Shown one piece after another: positions 199,633-208,633 of a stretch of DNA of 248,000 nucleotides; the stretch's first letter is position 1, and each line of letters starts with the position of its first letter. The notes beneath the pieces were generated by a model. It did not search any database. It was not told the origin of the DNA and saw only the letters and a program-made list of their open reading frames with translations. A program made the position numbers and the translations under genes. The DNA comes from Hyalangium minutum (GTDB lineage Bacteria; Myxococcota; Myxococcia; Myxococcales; Myxococcaceae), in contig NZ_JMCB01000006.1 in the NCBI RefSeq assembly GCF_000737315.1, positions 20,001 through 268,000 on the forward strand. Direction: 5' to 3'.

Positions 199633-202600
199633 ATGCCCACCACCCTTCGTCACTCCTTCTGTACCCTGACGTATGACTCCACCCACCGGCGCGAGGGCTT
199701 CGCGGACTGGGTGGTAGGCAATGCGTTCGCCTTCCACGCGGGCCAGGGTCCGGGGCCGCAGGTGCTCTTTCTCGGGAGCCCGGGCACGCTCGGCCAGGCG
199801 AGCAACCCGGTGAAGATCCAGCCGGAGGGGCTCGGCTTTCCTCCGCTCGTCGCGGTGATCACCGACAAGATGCTGTACCGCGAGGGCGACGACACCGTGC
199901 GCATCGTGGTGTACGCGCCCCGAGCCAGCGGCGCGGTGCAGCTCCGGCTCCTGCTCAACGGCTCGGAGCTGGCGAAGGTCCAGGTGGACGTGGACGAGAA
200001 CGGCCTGGGCCTGTTCGAGCTGAGGGATCCTGTCGCGGGCTCCTACTCCGTGGAGCAGGAAGCGGCGAAGGCCTCGTTCACCGTCGCGGCCTACAAGCTG
200101 GCGCCCCTCACCGGGCGGCTGGATCAGGTGCGCATCGAGGGCGGCAAGGGCGCGGAGACGCTGCACTTCACCGCGGTGCTGGAGACCTATGGAGCACCGC
200201 TCACGGGCTCGGTGAAGGTGACCCTCGTCGACATGGGCAGCCACCCGCCGGTTCATCGGACGTCTCTCACGCTGGAGGCCGATTCCGCCGGACGGCTCGA
200301 GGGCTCGGTCGCGCTCTCGGGTGCGGGCCCTTTCGCGCTGCAGGTGCAGGCCACGCGGGATGCGATGAAGACGGCCACCCTGCCCCTCCCCGGCTCGCGC
200401 CAGGAGGAGCGCGAGGAGGTGGTGCTCTCCGCGTGGGGCACTCGCACCGTGGCGCGCTTGGTGCCCTTCGAGGGCGCGCATGAGCGGCGAGGGCTGTGGA
200501 TCGGCTCCGGCGGCGAGAGCAAGGGCGCGCCCCTTCAGCTCGTGGAGGAGAACGGCAAGGCGCGGGTGCGCTTCCGGGCGGACATCGATGCGTGGCGCAT
200601 CGTCGTGATGGATGTGCACCGGGGCTCGGTCCAGGAGCTGTCCGGCGGGGCCACCGAGGCGGGCACTTCGCTGGATCTCCCCCTGGCCGGAACGTGGACG
200701 CTGGTGCTCGCAGGGCTCGCCTATCTGGGCCAGCGCTGGGAGGGCCGGGCCGCGCTCGTGGTCCCCGGCAAGCAGGTCCAGGTGCAGGCCCCGAAGACCG
200801 CGGGCCCGGGTGAAGAGGTGGACATCACCCTCCGAGGCACTCCGGGCGCCAGCGCCTTCGTGCTCGTCAAGGATCTGCGGCTGCAGGTGGCGGACACGCC
200901 TCAGTCCGCGACCGCCGCCTCCCTGCGCCGGCAGCTCGAGCATGCGCTCAAGGGCGTCAGCGATGGTCCAGTTCAGCGGACCCTCGATGCGCTGATCCCG
201001 CATCCTCCCCCACCGATGCCTCCCATGATGCCGGCCATGCCGATGATGGCCGTGCCCGCCCCCGCCCCCGGAGGTGCAGTGGTCCGGCGAGCTGGCGGCA
201101 TGCCACCCTCTCGGGCGCTGAGGGAAGAGAGGGCCACCGGCTCTCACCAAGCCCTCAGCAAGCAGGGAGGAGCCCCCGCGGCGGAAGCCGCCGCACCGGA
201201 CGAGAAGCCCGCGGAGGGACCCTCTCGGAGCTCATTCCCGGACGTGATGCTGGCGCGCGTCGTGCGGCTGGATGCGGAGGGCAAGGCAATCGTCCCGGTG
201301 AAGCTCGGCGACGGCATGGGCTCGCTGGCCGTGGAGGTCTTCTCGGTGACGCGCGAGGACTGGGCGGTGGCCCGCGCGGAGTTGCTGGTGACGAAGCCTG
201401 TCTTCGGAGAGCTGGTGCTGCCACGCTTCGTAGCGGCCGGAGACCACGCCGAGGGCGTGCTGCACGTCCGCGTGGCCTCAGGCGAGGCCACCGTCACCCT
201501 CCGGCGCGAGGGCAAGCCCGTGCGCCTGTTCTGCACCAATGAGAGCGGCGAGCAGCTGACCCTCACGGCACCAGGACAGGTGGTGCGCTTCGCCGCTCAG
201601 GCCGGCCGCTACCAGGCCGAGGTCCGCGGCGAGTCGCTCGTGGATCGCGCCGAGGGCAAGGTGGAGGAGCCCGGCAAGCTGGTCTGGCTGCAGCAGGCGC
201701 TGCGGATGCTGTCACCCGGCGAGCGCGTGGACCTGGAGCAGGAGCCGGGAGGCCTGGCGCTCAAGGTGCTGCCCTCGATCGACAAGACCTTCGATCGGAT
201801 GGTGGGCGGCCTTCGCTCTTACGCGCACTGCTGCTGTGAGCAGACGAGCGCCGTGCTGCTGGCGGCCACTGCCGCGTGGCTGACGGCGAAGGATGAGGAC
201901 ACGAAGCGCTCGGCGGCGGCGCACATGCGCGCGTGCATCGCCCGCGAGGAGTCCATGTACCTGCCGGGCAAGGGCTTCAAGGGCTGGCCCGAGTATCCGC
202001 CCGAGGTGTTCACGTACTCGCCCGGCGCCACGCTCAACCTGCTGCAGATGGACATGGTGAAGGCGTTCCCCATGGACAAGGAGCTGGCGAAGTCCGTGGA
202101 CCGCTGCCTGGAGATGGCCCGGGATGCGGCGAAGGCCCACGGGATTGATCCGGCCCCGCCGTCGCCCAAGTCCGCCCGGGAGGCCTACGGCCGCTTCTCG
202201 AAGTTCACCCAGGACCGCGAGAAGATGGCCGCCTTCATCCGCGAGCGCATCGAGCCGTGGGAGAAGCAGCTCAAGGCCATCCTCAAGTTCGAGTTGCCGG
202301 CCCTGCGCACGGAGAGCTACCACCACACCCCGGCGATGATCCGGGCGGAGACGGCCTTCGGGGCGGCGGCGCTGATCGAGGCCGGCGGAGAGCACCTGCC
202401 TCACGGACTCGCCCTGGCCAACACCGTTCTGGGGGCAGTCCAGGAGAACGGCAGCCTCTACTCCACGCTGGACTCGGTGGCGGCCATCACGCTGCTGGCG
202501 GCGCTGCGCAATGCCCGCATCGCCGTCGGGCCCGAGGGGAAGATCCGCGTGGATGGGCAGGACACGACGCTGGCCCAGGCAGTGACTCGCACGGGGCTCC

Positions 202601-203094
202601 GCCAGGTGGAGGCCGTGGAGGGCAGCGTGCAGGTGCAGGTGGATCGCATCGTCGAGGAGGACTACACGGCGATCAACGAGGGCGTGAAGGCCCACGTCGC
202701 GCTGATGCGCAGCGGCCGCGCGGCGGGCGTGCTGGCGCCGGGAGACTCGGTGGACCTGGTCATCACGCTGGAGAGTGGGTACCAGGCGGGAGACCTCGTG
202801 CACGTGTTCCTGCCGGATGCACTCTCGTGGGTGCATGGAGGCGGACAGGTGAAGCGCTTCTCACTGGACCTCGTGGGCCAGAACGAGATCCGCGTCCCGC
202901 TGGCCGCCACGGGTTTGACGCTGGATGCCAGCGGAGGCCCCGGCCGCCAGCGCTTCGCGGTGGCCGTGCGCAACATGTACGACGAGAAGCGGGGCAAGGG
203001 CTTCGGAGACCTCGAGGTGTCCGTCCACAAGACCGCCGGGCCCGGTGGATTGGCCCAGCGCGTCCTGAAGGGGCTCAAGGACCTGGTCGGCTGA
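199633..203094 (+). CDS. Alpha-2-macroglobulin-like protein without signal peptide
   Basis: TDKMLYREG MG2, SFPDV, YAHCCCEQT thioester-like motif. Confidence 0.8.
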   Translation: MPTTLRHSFCTLTYDSTHRREGFADWVVGNAFAFHAGQGPGPQVLFLGSPGTLGQASNPVKIQPEGLGFPPLVAVITDKMLYREGDDTVRIVVYAPRASGAVQLRLLLNGSELAKVQVDVDENGLGLFELRDPVAGSYSVEQEAAKASFTVAAYKLAPLTGRLDQVRIEGGKGAETLHFTAVLETYGAPLTGSVKVTLVDMGSHPPVHRTSLTLEADSAGRLEGSVALSGAGPFALQVQATRDAMKTATLPLPGSRQEEREEVVLSAWGTRTVARLVPFEGAHERRGLWIGSGGESKGAPLQLVEENGKARVRFRADIDAWRIVVMDVHRGSVQELSGGATEAGTSLDLPLAGTWTLVLAGLAYLGQRWEGRAALVVPGKQVQVQAPKTAGPGEEVDITLRGTPGASAFVLVKDLRLQVADTPQSATAASLRRQLEHALKGVSDGPVQRTLDALIPHPPPPMPPMMPAMPMMAVPAPAPGGAVVRRAGGMPPSRALREERATGSHQALSKQGGAPAAEAAAPDEKPAEGPSRSSFPDVMLARVVRLDAEGKAIVPVKLGDGMGSLAVEVFSVTREDWAVARAELLVTKPVFGELVLPRFVAAGDHAEGVLHVRVASGEATVTLRREGKPVRLFCTNESGEQLTLTAPGQVVRFAAQAGRYQAEVRGESLVDRAEGKVEEPGKLVWLQQALRMLSPGERVDLEQEPGGLALKVLPSIDKTFDRMVGGLRSYAHCCCEQTSAVLLAATAAWLTAKDEDTKRSAAAHMRACIAREESMYLPGKGFKGWPEYPPEVFTYSPGATLNLLQMDMVKAFPMDKELAKSVDRCLEMARDAAKAHGIDPAPPSPKSAREAYGRFSKFTQDREKMAAFIRERIEPWEKQLKAILKFELPALRTESYHHTPAMIRAETAFGAAALIEAGGEHLPHGLALANTVLGAVQENGSLYSTLDSVAAITLLAALRNARIAVGPEGKIRVDGQDTTLAQAVTRTGLRQVEAVEGSVQVQVDRIVEEDYTAINEGVKAHVALMRSGRAAGVLAPGDSVDLVITLESGYQAGDLVHVFLPDALSWVHGGGQVKRFSLDLVGQNEIRVPLAATGLTLDASGGPGRQRFAVAVRNMYDEKRGKGFGDLEVSVHKTAGPGGLAQRVLKGLKDLVG

Positions 203095-203111
203095 CCTGAC
203101 ACCAACGCCTC

Positions 203112-204104
203112 GTGGACAACCTCACGCACGGATTGCTGGGCCTCGCGGTAGGCGCGCTGCGCCGGCCTGACGCCGCAGGAGGCCCTCTGTCCGCCACGGA
203201 CAAGGCCGTGCTGCTGGGGTGCGCGCTGGCCGCCGAGCTGCCGGATCTGGACAACCTGCTGCCCTCGGAGAACTCGGTGGTGCACGCGCTCCAGGCGCAC
203301 CGCGGGCTCTCGCACGCGCTGGTGTTCACCCCGGTGGTGGCGTTGGCCGCGACGGCGGTGGCGAAGGCGGTCTTCCGCACAGCGCGCGTGGGGCCGGTGT
203401 TCCTCTTCAGCCTGATCTCGGTCTGCCTGGCGCACCTGTTGGCGGACCTGTGGACAGGCTGGGGCACGCGCGTGCTGCTGCCCTTCTCGGATCGGCGGTG
203501 GACGCTGGACTGGACGATGGTGGTGGATCCGTGGGTGACGCTGCCACTGCTCGTGGGCGCGGTCTGGGCCTGGCGCCGCAGGACCGTGTGGCGGCGAGCA
203601 CTGCTCGTGGGAGCGGCGCTCTCGGTGGCGTACCTGGGGCTGCGCGTCGCACTTCAGAACGTGCTGAGCGGGCGTGTCCGAGAGGCCTTGCCCGCCGCGG
203701 AGCGAGTGCAGGTGTTCCCCGCGTGGCTGTCGCTCACGACCTGGCGCTACGTGGCCCTGCTGCCGGATGAGTACGTGGTTGGCACGGCCTCCCTGGGCAG
203801 AGCGCCCATCGAGGAGCGGAGGTGGCCCCGGCCCGTCCCTGACGCACTGCCGGAGTCCGTGAGGAACATCCCCACCGTGCGCGAGGCGCTCGCCTGGGCG
203901 CGCTTTCCCCTCGTTTCACAGGTTCCCCGCCCTGACGGAGCCTCCGAGATCCGCATCGGCGATCTGCGCTACCACCTGAACGGCGAGCCGACGCTCCAGT
204001 TCATTCTGGAGCTCAATCCGGAGGGAGCCCTGCGCGCCGCCCGCCTGGAGCGAGGCGGGAGCGCGGCGGAGTTGCTGCGGCGGTGGCGAGGCCAAGACCG
204101 CTGA
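203112..204104 (+). CDS. Membrane metal-dependent hydrolase (YdjM/LexA-binding type)
   Basis: MDNLTH, PDLD, HRGLSHAL, HLLAD. Confidence 0.9.
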   Translation: MDNLTHGLLGLAVGALRRPDAAGGPLSATDKAVLLGCALAAELPDLDNLLPSENSVVHALQAHRGLSHALVFTPVVALAATAVAKAVFRTARVGPVFLFSLISVCLAHLLADLWTGWGTRVLLPFSDRRWTLDWTMVVDPWVTLPLLVGAVWAWRRRTVWRRALLVGAALSVAYLGLRVALQNVLSGRVREALPAAERVQVFPAWLSLTTWRYVALLPDEYVVGTASLGRAPIEERRWPRPVPDALPESVRNIPTVREALAWARFPLVSQVPRPDGASEIRIGDLRYHLNGEPTLQFILELNPEGALRAARLERGGSAAELLRRWRGQDR

Positions 204105-204143
204105 GCGATGCGCTCCGCTCAGACCTGAGGTACCGCTGGCGCC

Positions 204144-206615
204144 TCAGGCCTCCTTGGCCGGAGCGGTGGGGCCGTGCTTGCGCCGCCAGCGCTCCACCAG
204201 CAGCAGCAGCGAAGGGAAGCCCAGCAGCACGATGAGAATGTTCACGCCGAACCCCAGGTTCGCCACGTTGCCGATCGAGTTGAGCCCCGGGTGCTGAGCA
204301 ATGGCCAACGCCAGGAAGCCGATGGCGCTCGTCAGCAGACCGCCCGTGATGGCCCGGCCCGTCTCCGCGTACACGGAGATGAAGTCACTGTCCGGCTCGG
204401 ACAACCGTTGGATGAGGTGCACGCCCGCGTCCACTGTCGTGCCCACCAGCACCGGCAGCACCACCAGGTTCAGGTAGTTGAACTGAATGCCCAGGATGGC
204501 CATCAGCCCCACCAGCCCCGCCACCGACAACAGCGTGGGCAACATGCAGATCAGCGCCGTGCGCAGCTTGCCCAACGTCACCCACATGGCCACCAGCACC
204601 GAGAGCACCGCCGCCGCCAGAATGCGCGGCCCCTCCTGCGCCACCATGTCCAGGATGTCCGCCACGATCAGCGCCTCGCCCGCCGCCGACACCTGCGAGC
204701 CGTCCGGCAGCTTCATCCCGCGCACCTCCTTGGTGAAGCGCCGCGTCCCGTAGCCATCCGCCAGGTTGATGGATGCGTACACCAGCACCACGCCGCTCCG
204801 GTTCCCATCCAGCCCCTCCAGCTCGTGCCGCATCGCCTCGGGCAGGTCCTTCTGACCGAAGGTCTGCGCCTGCGTCATCTTCAGGTACGTGGGCCAGTGA
204901 GCCTGCACGTCCTTGGGCAGCCGCTCCGGATCCAGCTTCGCCAGCTTGTCGTGGATGGCGTGCAGGACCGCCGCCTTCTCCTCCTGCTTGTCCGGCACCA
205001 GGTCCTCCTGCGAGCGGACGAAGTCGATGGTGGAGTCCTTGCCCTTCTGCGCCTTGCGCTCCTTGAGCTGGCGCACCACCTCGCGCTCCATCGTCGGCGA
205101 GTCCGTGACGACCACCACCGGAGACTGCGAGTGGCCCAGAATCTTGTCCATGCGCCGGTCCAGCCGCACGGACGGCAGCTCCATCGACTCCAGCTTGGAG
205201 CCGTCGTAGTTGAAGCTGACGTTCCACGCCTGGCTGATCAGCGCCACCAGCCCCACGCCCACCACGATGGCCACTCCGCGGTAGCTGCGCGGCAGCCACC
205301 GGGCCAGCATGGCCATCGGACCGGCCGAGCCCACGTGCTCGCGCGGCGTCCAGCCCCACTTCGCCGCCAGCCCCAGCAGCGCCGGGAGGATGAGCACGTA
205401 CGAGGCGATGCTCACCAGCATGCCCACCGCCGCGATGATGCCGAACTCGTGGAACGCGGCGAACTCGGAGATGGACAGGCTCAGGAACGTGAGCGCCGCC
205501 ACCACCGCGGAGATGAGCGCGGAGAAGCCCGTGTGACTGAAGGCCTCGCGCACCGCCTCCAGCGAGTCCTTCCCCTCCGAGCGCAGCGTCGTGTACCGCC
205601 CCAGGAGGTGGATGCCGTGCTCCACGCCCAGGCCGCCCAGCACCGCGCCCAGGAAGCCGGTGAGCAGGTTCACCTGCCCGTAGAACAGGCCCACGAAGCC
205701 GTATGTCCACGCCAGGCCTCCCAGCACCGGCAGCACCGCGAAGGCCACGCTCAGCACGCTGCGGAAGTGGAACCCCAGGTAGAGCAGCAGCAGCACCAGC
205801 GCGATGCTCGAGGCCTGCGCCAAGTCGTTGGTGATCAGCGCCTGGTGGTCAATCTTCTTCTTGAAGGTGCCCGACAAGGCCGTCTGGAAGCCGGGCCCAT
205901 ACTTGGACAAGTCCTGCTGCTTCAGGAACTCGTCCACTTGGGACACCACCTTCTTGGCGTAGCCCAGGTCGGCGCTGTTGCCCTTCGGCTTGAGCATCAG
206001 CACCACCATCTTCTCCTCCGGATCCAGGTAGTACGGATCCTTCGCCACCGCCTGCTCCTCGCTGCCGCGGCGCAGGAAGAGCTTCTGTTCCAGCTTGTGC
206101 TTGAAGTCCTCGAAGCCAATGGAGGGCGGAGGCGCATCCTCCAGCTCGACGAAGAGCGGGTTGGCCCGCTGCTTCTCCCAGGTGATGCGATCGTCGAGCT
206201 GCTTCTGGAGCCCTTGCAGGTCCTCCAGCTCCGCGTAGTACAGCACGCGCTCCTCGAAGAAGGCGTCCGAGCGCTTGTAGTTGACGTAGCGGACCTCGGA
206301 GAGCTGGCCCAGCTTGGGAGCCATGTCGTCGGCGAACTGCTTGAGCTTGTCAGCGTCCGCGTTCATGCCCACGACGACCAGGTAGCCCTGCCCGCCGAAG
206401 CGCTTCTTCAGCTTCTCCAGGTCCTGCACGCTGGGGAAGGACTTGGGCAGCAAGCCCACCAGGTCAGAGCTCAGGGAGAGCTTCCGCGCGAAGAAGCCGC
206501 CCACCACCACCAACAACGCCGCCAGGGCCAGCGCCTGCCAGGGCTTGCGATGGTTGCGCGCCGCCAGCGCGCCCATCAACTTCTCCATCCGCTGCCCCAA
206601 CCCGATCTCGCTCAT
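204144..206615 (-). CDS. MMPL/RND lipid transporter
   Basis: Two sterol-sensing-like TM blocks, GLGVEHGIH, GTTVDAGVH. Confidence 0.9.
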   Translation of the reverse strand: MSEIGLGQRMEKLMGALAARNHRKPWQALALAALLVVVGGFFARKLSLSSDLVGLLPKSFPSVQDLEKLKKRFGGQGYLVVVGMNADADKLKQFADDMAPKLGQLSEVRYVNYKRSDAFFEERVLYYAELEDLQGLQKQLDDRITWEKQRANPLFVELEDAPPPSIGFEDFKHKLEQKLFLRRGSEEQAVAKDPYYLDPEEKMVVLMLKPKGNSADLGYAKKVVSQVDEFLKQQDLSKYGPGFQTALSGTFKKKIDHQALITNDLAQASSIALVLLLLYLGFHFRSVLSVAFAVLPVLGGLAWTYGFVGLFYGQVNLLTGFLGAVLGGLGVEHGIHLLGRYTTLRSEGKDSLEAVREAFSHTGFSALISAVVAALTFLSLSISEFAAFHEFGIIAAVGMLVSIASYVLILPALLGLAAKWGWTPREHVGSAGPMAMLARWLPRSYRGVAIVVGVGLVALISQAWNVSFNYDGSKLESMELPSVRLDRRMDKILGHSQSPVVVVTDSPTMEREVVRQLKERKAQKGKDSTIDFVRSQEDLVPDKQEEKAAVLHAIHDKLAKLDPERLPKDVQAHWPTYLKMTQAQTFGQKDLPEAMRHELEGLDGNRSGVVLVYASINLADGYGTRRFTKEVRGMKLPDGSQVSAAGEALIVADILDMVAQEGPRILAAAVLSVLVAMWVTLGKLRTALICMLPTLLSVAGLVGLMAILGIQFNYLNLVVLPVLVGTTVDAGVHLIQRLSEPDSDFISVYAETGRAITGGLLTSAIGFLALAIAQHPGLNSIGNVANLGFGVNILIVLLGFPSLLLLVERWRRKHGPTAPAKEA

Positions 206616-206788
206616 GTGTGTCTGCTCTTCTGTCCGAAAGTCCGCGATTGCAGCCGCCCACCATGGCGAGGGCCCTGACCGGAGTCAATGAATCGCCGGG
206701 GGGCGGCCAGGCAGGCAGGGGGTGCTCAGGCACCCCGGGCCAAGTCCCCTGACAGACCCCCAAGAGACATGGTTTCTTCCCGGCCGCC

Positions 206789-208477
206789 ATGCTGAAGCCA
206801 CGTCGCAAGCGCTGGCCCTGGTTGCTCGCTGGGCTGGTCGTCCTGGGAGTTACCTACATGCTGCGCCCTGCTCCCCCCAAGGGACGCCCTGCGGATCCTC
206901 CGTATCTCACCTTCTTCCTGGTGGATGGCCTGTCCCAGGAGGTGTTCCAGCGGGAGTTGGAAGCCGGGCGCCTGCCAAACTTCTCCCGGCTCATCTCCGA
207001 GGGCCTCTATGTGGAGGACGGCATCGCTGCCTTCCCGAGCATGACGGGCTACGGCTTCTACCCCTTCATCACCGGGCAGGATGCGGTGCGCAGCGGCGTG
207101 CTGGGCCTGCGCTGGTTCCGGCGCGAGGCCCCCGAGGGCAACTTCCGCGCCTACGTGGGCCGCACCAACGTGATGATGAACGAGGACTTCGCCGCCGAGC
207201 CTCGCACGCTCTTCGAGTGCTTCCCGGGGCAGCACAGCTTCTCGGTGAACAGCTACGCCAACCGCGGCGTGGTGCGGAACGAGAAGCTCGGCTGGGGCTT
207301 CAGCATGGCCAAGTACCAGGAGAAGTACCCGCTCATCCGGTTCCTGGGGGGCACGCCGTGGCTGGGGCCTCGCTTCATCCCGGACTGGTACGGCGCCGAG
207401 ACGCAGGTGCTGGAGCTGGCGCTGGAGGACCTGGCCGACAAGCCCAAGGTGCAGTGGGTCACCTTCGCCAGCCCGGACGGCCGCAACCACATCGTCGGCA
207501 CGGACGACACGTACGTGAAGCTGGTGCGCCATATCGACTCGCTCATCGGCCGTTACCGCGAGGAGAGCCAGCGCCTAGGCCAGGAGGAGCACCGCCTGTA
207601 CGCCGTCATCTCGGACCACGGCGTCACCGACGTGCACAAGAACGTGGATCTGCGGGTGGCGCTGGGCACGGCGGGGCTGCGCGCCTGGCGCGGCGAGGCC
207701 ACCCACCTGCGCCAGAGCCGCCTGAATGATCCGATCTCCACCTGGGCGGACACGGACGTCGTCCTCGCGGTGAACGGCAACACGATGAACTACGTGTACC
207801 TGCGCAACCCGGCCGCCCAGGGCGAGCAGGCGTGGCGCACGCAGCCCGCGCCGGGCACGGCCTTCCAGCTGCCTCCGCACCAGGGCGGCGCGCCCGTGGA
207901 CGTGGTGAAGGTGCTGCGCGAGGCAGAGGGCGTGGAGCTGGTGGTGACCCGCGCCGACGCCGCCGGACAGGTGCGCGTCTTCTCGCGCACGGGCGAGGGC
208001 CGCATCACCCCGAGTGAGGGTGGGCTCTCCTACTCCTGCGAGGGCGAGGATCCCCTGGGCTACGCGCAAGGCGAGGCCAGCCGGGTGCTGTGCGACGGCC
208101 GTCCGCGCTCGGATCGCGACTGGCTGAAGGCCACCCACGCCCTGGGCTTTCCGGACGCGGTGGTGCGGCTACACCGGCTGATGTCGGCGCCGGACGTGGC
208201 GGACCTCGTGGTGACGGCGGCGCTCGGTTACGACTTGGCGGCCGACTACGAGCTGGTGGTGGGCAACTACCGGGGCGGCCACGGAGGCCTGCGCGCGGAT
208301 CAGCTCCGCGTGCCGTACATCCTCTCTGGCCCTGGAGTGCCGATGGGCCAGCGACTGGCCACGGCCCGGGCCGAGGACATCGGGGCAACAGTGCTGCGCC
208401 TGGCCGGCTGCCCGCCCGCCGAGCAGCGGGCCGGCGAGGATTTGATCCCGGCCGTGGCCACGCCCGCTCCCCCCTGA
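206789..208477 (+). CDS. Alkaline phosphatase/nucleotide pyrophosphatase family protein
   Basis: FLVDGL, FPSMT, SDHG, GGHG. Confidence 0.85.
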   Translation: MLKPRRKRWPWLLAGLVVLGVTYMLRPAPPKGRPADPPYLTFFLVDGLSQEVFQRELEAGRLPNFSRLISEGLYVEDGIAAFPSMTGYGFYPFITGQDAVRSGVLGLRWFRREAPEGNFRAYVGRTNVMMNEDFAAEPRTLFECFPGQHSFSVNSYANRGVVRNEKLGWGFSMAKYQEKYPLIRFLGGTPWLGPRFIPDWYGAETQVLELALEDLADKPKVQWVTFASPDGRNHIVGTDDTYVKLVRHIDSLIGRYREESQRLGQEEHRLYAVISDHGVTDVHKNVDLRVALGTAGLRAWRGEATHLRQSRLNDPISTWADTDVVLAVNGNTMNYVYLRNPAAQGEQAWRTQPAPGTAFQLPPHQGGAPVDVVKVLREAEGVELVVTRADAAGQVRVFSRTGEGRITPSEGGLSYSCEGEDPLGYAQGEASRVLCDGRPRSDRDWLKATHALGFPDAVVRLHRLMSAPDVADLVVTAALGYDLAADYELVVGNYRGGHGGLRADQLRVPYILSGPGVPMGQRLATARAEDIGATVLRLAGCPPAEQRAGEDLIPAVATPAPP

Positions 208478-208633
208478 GCAGGCGGACAGGCATTTCACCC
208501 TGTCCTCCAGGGCAGGGCATGGCCACCTTGCGGCCCGAAGGGACCCACGTTTCGTGGGCCCTCTGGAGGGGGATTCGCCCTCTTCCGTGGCGCCAGGAGG
208601 GCCTGGACACGGGGGATCAGGCGAGGCCGCGAT

